Made by a program: the position numbers and the translations under genes. Shown here in pieces: positions 60,288-64,000 of a DNA stretch of 64,000 nucleotides. Source of the stretch: Candidatus Omnitrophota bacterium (lineage in GTDB: Bacteria; Omnitrophota; Gorgyraeia; Aquiviventales; Aquiviventaceae); assembly GCA_016198905.1 (NCBI GenBank), contig JACQHR010000041.1, forward strand, positions 15,434-79,433, read 5' to 3'. The notes under the pieces were generated by a model. It saw only the letters and a program-made list of their open reading frames with translations, had not been told where the DNA came from and ran no database searches. Each line of letters opens with the position of its first letter. The first letter of the stretch is position 1.

Positions 60288-63200
60288 ATGCCGAAGCGAA
60301 CCGACATCAAGAAGATTCTCATCATCGGCTCCGGGCCGATCGTCATCTCCCAAGCCTGCGAATTCGATTATTCGGGCACCCAGGCGTGCAAAGCGCTGCG
60401 CGAGGAGGGCGTGAGCGTCGTGCTCGTCAATTCGAACCCCGCGACGATTATGACGGATCCCGAAACCGCCGATCGCACGTACATCGAGCCGATCACCGCG
60501 GAGATCGTCGAGAAAATCATCGACGCGGAGCATCCGGATGCGCTGTTGCCCACGCTCGGCGGCCAAACCGCGCTCAACGTGACGGTGCAGCTCGCGGAAC
60601 GCGGCGTGCTCGAGCGCTACAAGGTCGAGCTCATCGGCGCGAACATCCAGGCGATCAAGCGGGCGGAAGACCGCGCGCAATTCAAGGCGACCATGGATAC
60701 GATCGGGCTCGAAGTCCCGCGCGCCGGCTACGCCCACGCGCTGGAAGACGCCCGCGCCATCGCGGACACCATCGGTTTTCCCTGCGTGATCCGTCCGAGC
60801 TTCACGCTCGGCGGGACAGGAGGCGGGGTGGCCTATAACCCCGAAGAGTTCGACCGGATCGTGAAGCTCGGGCTGGAACTCTCCATGATCACCGAAGTCT
60901 CCATCGAGGAATCGGTGATCGGCTGGAAGGAGTTTGAGCTCGAGGTGATGCGCGATCGCGCGGATAACGTCGTGGTCGTCTGCTCCATTGAAAATTTCGA
61001 TCCGATGGGTGTGCATACGGGCGACTCCATCACGGTGGCCCCTGCGCAGACGCTGACGGACCGCGAGTACCAGGAGATGCGCGACGCGGCGATCAAGATC
61101 ATCCGTGCGATCGGGGTGGAAACCGGCGGCTCGAACATCCAATTCGCGGTGCATCCGGATTCCGGGCGGCTGCTGGTCATTGAGATGAACCCGCGCGTCT
61201 CCCGTTCCTCGGCGCTGGCGTCGAAGGCGACGGGGTTTCCGATCGCCAAAATCGCCGCGAAACTCGCCATCGGCTATACCCTCCACGAGCTGAGCAACGA
61301 CATCACGAAGCAAACGCCGGCCTGTTTCGAGCCGGCGATTGATTACGTGGTCGTCAAAATCCCGCGCTTTGCCTTCGAAAAGTTTCCCGGCGCCGATCCG
61401 ACGCTGACGATTCAAATGAAGTCCGTCGGAGAAACCATGGCGATCGGGCGGACCTTCACCGAAGCGCTGCAGAAGGGCCTGCGGGGATTGGAGATCAAGA
61501 AGGACGGCTGGGAAGCGGCGAGCGCCCTGCCCGTCGACGTCTTGCGGCAGAAGCTGGCCGTACCCACCGCCGAGCGGATGTTCTATCTGAAAGAAGCGTT
61601 CACCGCCGGGCTCTCCATCGACGAGCTCTTCCAGCTCACCAAAATCGACCGGTGGTTCCTGCGCCAACTCTACACGCTGACCGTGGAAGAATCGACGGTG
61701 CAAGCCGCCGCGGAGCAGATGCGCGCCGCGGCCGATGCGCCGATGGGCAGTCCGGTGCAGGTCAGCGCGGTGGAGGTTCTCCGCCGGGCCAAACGGTACG
61801 GGTTCAGCGACCGGCAGCTGGGAAAACTTTGGAGTCTTGACGAGGCGACGATTCGCGACTGGCGCGCGCGATGGCAGCTGCAGCCGACCTATTACCTCGT
61901 GGATACGTGCGCGGCCGAGTTCGAAGCGAGGACGCCGTATTATTACTCCACCTACGAACAACCAGTGCTGCGATGCGATGATGGAAGCTGGAAACTAGAA
62001 GCTGGAACAAGCACTCCAGCCTCCAGCCTCCAGCCTCCAGCCTCCCAGAATCGAAAGGTAATGATCCTCGGGGGCGGCCCCAACCGGATCGGTCAGGGGA
62101 TCGAGTTTGATTACTGCTGCGTGCACGCGGCGTTTGCGCTGCGCGAGCTGGGCATCGAAGTCATCATGGTCAACTCGAACCCGGAAACCGTCTCGACGGA
62201 CTACGACACATCGGATAAGCTCTACTTCGAACCGGTCACGCTCGAGGACGTGCTGAACATCGTTCAGCGCGAACAACCCGAAGGCGTCATCGTGCAATTC
62301 GGCGGGCAAACCCCCTTGAATCTGACGATGGGGTTGGCCAAGGCCGGCGTCCCGATCCTGGGCACGAGTGCCACCACCATCGACGTGGCCGAGGATCGGG
62401 AGAAATTCAAGCGCCTGCTGGATGAGCTGGGGTTGCGGCAGCCGCCGAGCGGGACGGCGATGACCATGGGGGAAGCCCAGCTGACCGCGCGCACCATCGG
62501 CTACCCGTGCCTCGTGCGCCCCTCGTATGTGTTGGGCGGACGCGCGATGGAAATCGTCTACGACGATGATCAGCTCACGCGCTTTGCGCAATACGCGCTT
62601 GACGTCTCGCCAGGCTTTCCTGTCCTCATCGACAAGTTTTTGGAGGACGCGATCGAGGTGGACGTCGATGTCGTCGGCGACGGCGAGACCTTCGTGATCG
62701 GCGGGGTCCTGGAGCACATCGAGGAAGCCGGCATCCACTCCGGCGATAGCGCGATGGTCCTGCCGCCGCACACGCTCACGGATGAGATCCTCGCGGACAT
62801 CCGCACGGCCGCGCACAAGCTCGCGCAGGCGCTGAAGATCGTCGGGCTCATGAACGTGCAACTGGCGATCAAGGACGACGTCGTCCATATTCTTGAGGTC
62901 AACCCGCGCGCCTCGCGCACGGTGCCGTTCATCTCCAAGGCCATCGGCACCCCGCTGGCAAAGATCGCCACGCGCGCGATGGTCGGCGTCTCCCTGCGCC
63001 AACAAGGCTACACGGAAGAGATCATCCCGCCGTTTCTGGCGGTGAAGGAATCCGTCTTTCCGTTCTCGCGCTTCGCGGGCGTGGACATCATCTTGGGCCC
63101 GGAGATGCGCTCCACCGGCGAAGTCATGGGCCTCGACGAGGATTTCGGGCGCGCCTTCATCAAATCGCAGATCGCGGCAGGACAGCTCTTGCCGCGCGCC

Positions 63201-63605
63201 GGCACCGTGTTCATCAGCGTCAAGAATCGCGATAAGCGGGCGATCATTCTCGTGGCCCAGCGCCTGGAAGAGATGGGGTTTCAGCTCGTCGCGACCCACG
63301 GCACCGTGAACGCGCTGCAGCGCTACGGGCTGCACGCCACCCTCGTGAACAAGATTCACGAAGGCCGGCCAAACGTCCTGGATCTCTTGAAAAGCGGGCA
63401 GATCCAACTGGTCATCAATACGCCCTCCGGCCGGTTGCCGCGCGCGGATGAAATTCACATTCGGTCGGCGGCAGCGACCCTCGGGATTCCGTGCGTCACC
63501 ACGGTCGCCGGCGCGCAAGCCTCCGTCAGCGGCATCGGGGCCTTGTTGAAGCATCAGCTGACGGTCAAGCCGATCCAAGCCTATCACCAACTGCTGCATC
63601 GATGA
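60288..63605 (+). CDS. carB: carbamoyl-phosphate synthase large subunit
   Basis: [25 protein letters not shown], and a duplicate ATP-grasp half starting [27 protein letters not shown]-like C-terminus. Confidence 0.95.
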   Translation: MPKRTDIKKILIIGSGPIVISQACEFDYSGTQACKALREEGVSVVLVNSNPATIMTDPETADRTYIEPITAEIVEKIIDAEHPDALLPTLGGQTALNVTVQLAERGVLERYKVELIGANIQAIKRAEDRAQFKATMDTIGLEVPRAGYAHALEDARAIADTIGFPCVIRPSFTLGGTGGGVAYNPEEFDRIVKLGLELSMITEVSIEESVIGWKEFELEVMRDRADNVVVVCSIENFDPMGVHTGDSITVAPAQTLTDREYQEMRDAAIKIIRAIGVETGGSNIQFAVHPDSGRLLVIEMNPRVSRSSALASKATGFPIAKIAAKLAIGYTLHELSNDITKQTPACFEPAIDYVVVKIPRFAFEKFPGADPTLTIQMKSVGETMAIGRTFTEALQKGLRGLEIKKDGWEAASALPVDVLRQKLAVPTAERMFYLKEAFTAGLSIDELFQLTKIDRWFLRQLYTLTVEESTVQAAAEQMRAAADAPMGSPVQVSAVEVLRRAKRYGFSDRQLGKLWSLDEATIRDWRARWQLQPTYYLVDTCAAEFEARTPYYYSTYEQPVLRCDDGSWKLEAGTSTPASSLQPPASQNRKVMILGGGPNRIGQGIEFDYCCVHAAFALRELGIEVIMVNSNPETVSTDYDTSDKLYFEPVTLEDVLNIVQREQPEGVIVQFGGQTPLNLTMGLAKAGVPILGTSATTIDVAEDREKFKRLLDELGLRQPPSGTAMTMGEAQLTARTIGYPCLVRPSYVLGGRAMEIVYDDDQLTRFAQYALDVSPGFPVLIDKFLEDAIEVDVDVVGDGETFVIGGVLEHIEEAGIHSGDSAMVLPPHTLTDEILADIRTAAHKLAQALKIVGLMNVQLAIKDDVVHILEVNPRASRTVPFISKAIGTPLAKIATRAMVGVSLRQQGYTEEIIPPFLAVKESVFPFSRFAGVDIILGPEMRSTGEVMGLDEDFGRAFIKSQIAAGQLLPRAGTVFISVKNRDKRAIILVAQRLEEMGFQLVATHGTVNALQRYGLHATLVNKIHEGRPNVLDLLKSGQIQLVINTPSGRLPRADEIHIRSAAATLGIPCVTTVAGAQASVSGIGALLKHQLTVKPIQAYHQLLHR
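62014..62048. repeat. tandem heptanucleotide array (ctccagc x4 plus variant) inside carB
   Basis: ctccagc x4 then ctcccag. It is preceded by two copies of gaagctggaa (61984-61993 and 61998-62007), whose gctgga is complementary to tccagc. Confidence 0.8.
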
Positions 63606-63946
63606 CGCGAGAGCGACGCGAGTTTCACCGCATTCCCCAAGAATTTCGCGCGCAGTACCGCCTCTACGACGACCTGACGGCGTCGTGGTCCGAGATCGTC
63701 CTGGTGAACTTAAGCGCAGGCGGGATGCGGTTCCGCAGCGAAGACACCCTTCTCAAAGACGCCGTTATTGAGATGAAACTCCACCTGCCCCATGCGCACG
63801 CACCGCTCTTGCTCCACGGGGTGGTGGCCTGGAGCCAATTGCAAGCCTCCGGTGTCATTGAAACCGGCGTGCAGTTCATGGACGTGACGATTGAACAGCA
63901 AGCGCAAATCGATTATCTCGTGCAGTTCCTGAGGAAAAGCGCCTGA
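63602..63946 (+). CDS. PilZ-domain protein
   Basis: RREFHRI (RxxxR) and NLSAGGMRF (D/NxSxxG) c-di-GMP-binding motifs. The ATG overlaps the carB TGA (ATGA). Confidence 0.75.
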   Translation: MTRERREFHRIPQEFRAQYRLYDDLTASWSEIVLVNLSAGGMRFRSEDTLLKDAVIEMKLHLPHAHAPLLLHGVVAWSQLQASGVIETGVQFMDVTIEQQAQIDYLVQFLRKSA

Positions 63947-64000
63947 ACGGGTGATCGGCCGACAGCCGCCACACACCATCTTCGAGATGCCTGATCTGCG

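Noticed and set aside
60279-63599. Very long minus-strand ORFs (560 aa and 534 aa) opposite carB.
   Set aside because: They are Arg/Asp/Gly/His-rich translations with no motifs, exactly antisense to a highly conserved gene. This is the typical high-GC shadow-ORF artefact.

Overview
High-GC bacterial chromosome segment centred on the replication origin. No searches were run: calls rest on motifs read from the ORF-track translations and on my own reading of the DNA, and start codons are less certain than stop codons. Almost all genes left of ~40.4 kb are on the minus strand. All genes to the right are on the plus strand, diverging from rpmH-rnpA-yidD-yidC | dnaA-dnaN-DUF721-gyrB-gyrA.

Left arm:
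- mdh (partial), an ABC ATPase/permease/transglutaminase-like operon, and a glycogen operon (DUF4912, GH57, glgA, pfkB-family kinase).
- A large sulfur-assimilation supercluster: cysC, cysH, sat, a NitT/TauT-type ABC importer, a JAMM peptidase, TusA-like proteins, cysteine synthase, thrC, a MoaD/CysO-like carrier, a MoeB-like E1 and a NIL-domain protein.
- pheST, rplT-rpmI-infC-thrS, three tRNAs, split coaC/coaB, rpoZ-gmk-remA-yicC-ndk and parBA.

Right arm: tRNA-Glu, nagA, glmS, rsmI, lpxA, and a PyrR-attenuated pyrR-pyrB-pyrC-carA-endoQ-carB-PilZ operon.

Most notable observations:
- A 520-aa GyrA intein carrying an HNH nuclease and tandem W-x-N-P repeats.
- A ubiquitin-like sulfur-carrier/JAMM system whose carrier has an 8-aa post-GG tail, encoded by a REP-like palindrome that occurs three times in the window.
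- In-frame heptanucleotide arrays at domain linkers of carA, carB and pheT.
- An unassigned structured region in a 333-nt gap.
- Three DnaA-box clusters.

No CRISPR array, IS element, prophage or recognisable defence system was seen. The many long ORFs antisense to conserved genes are high-GC shadows.
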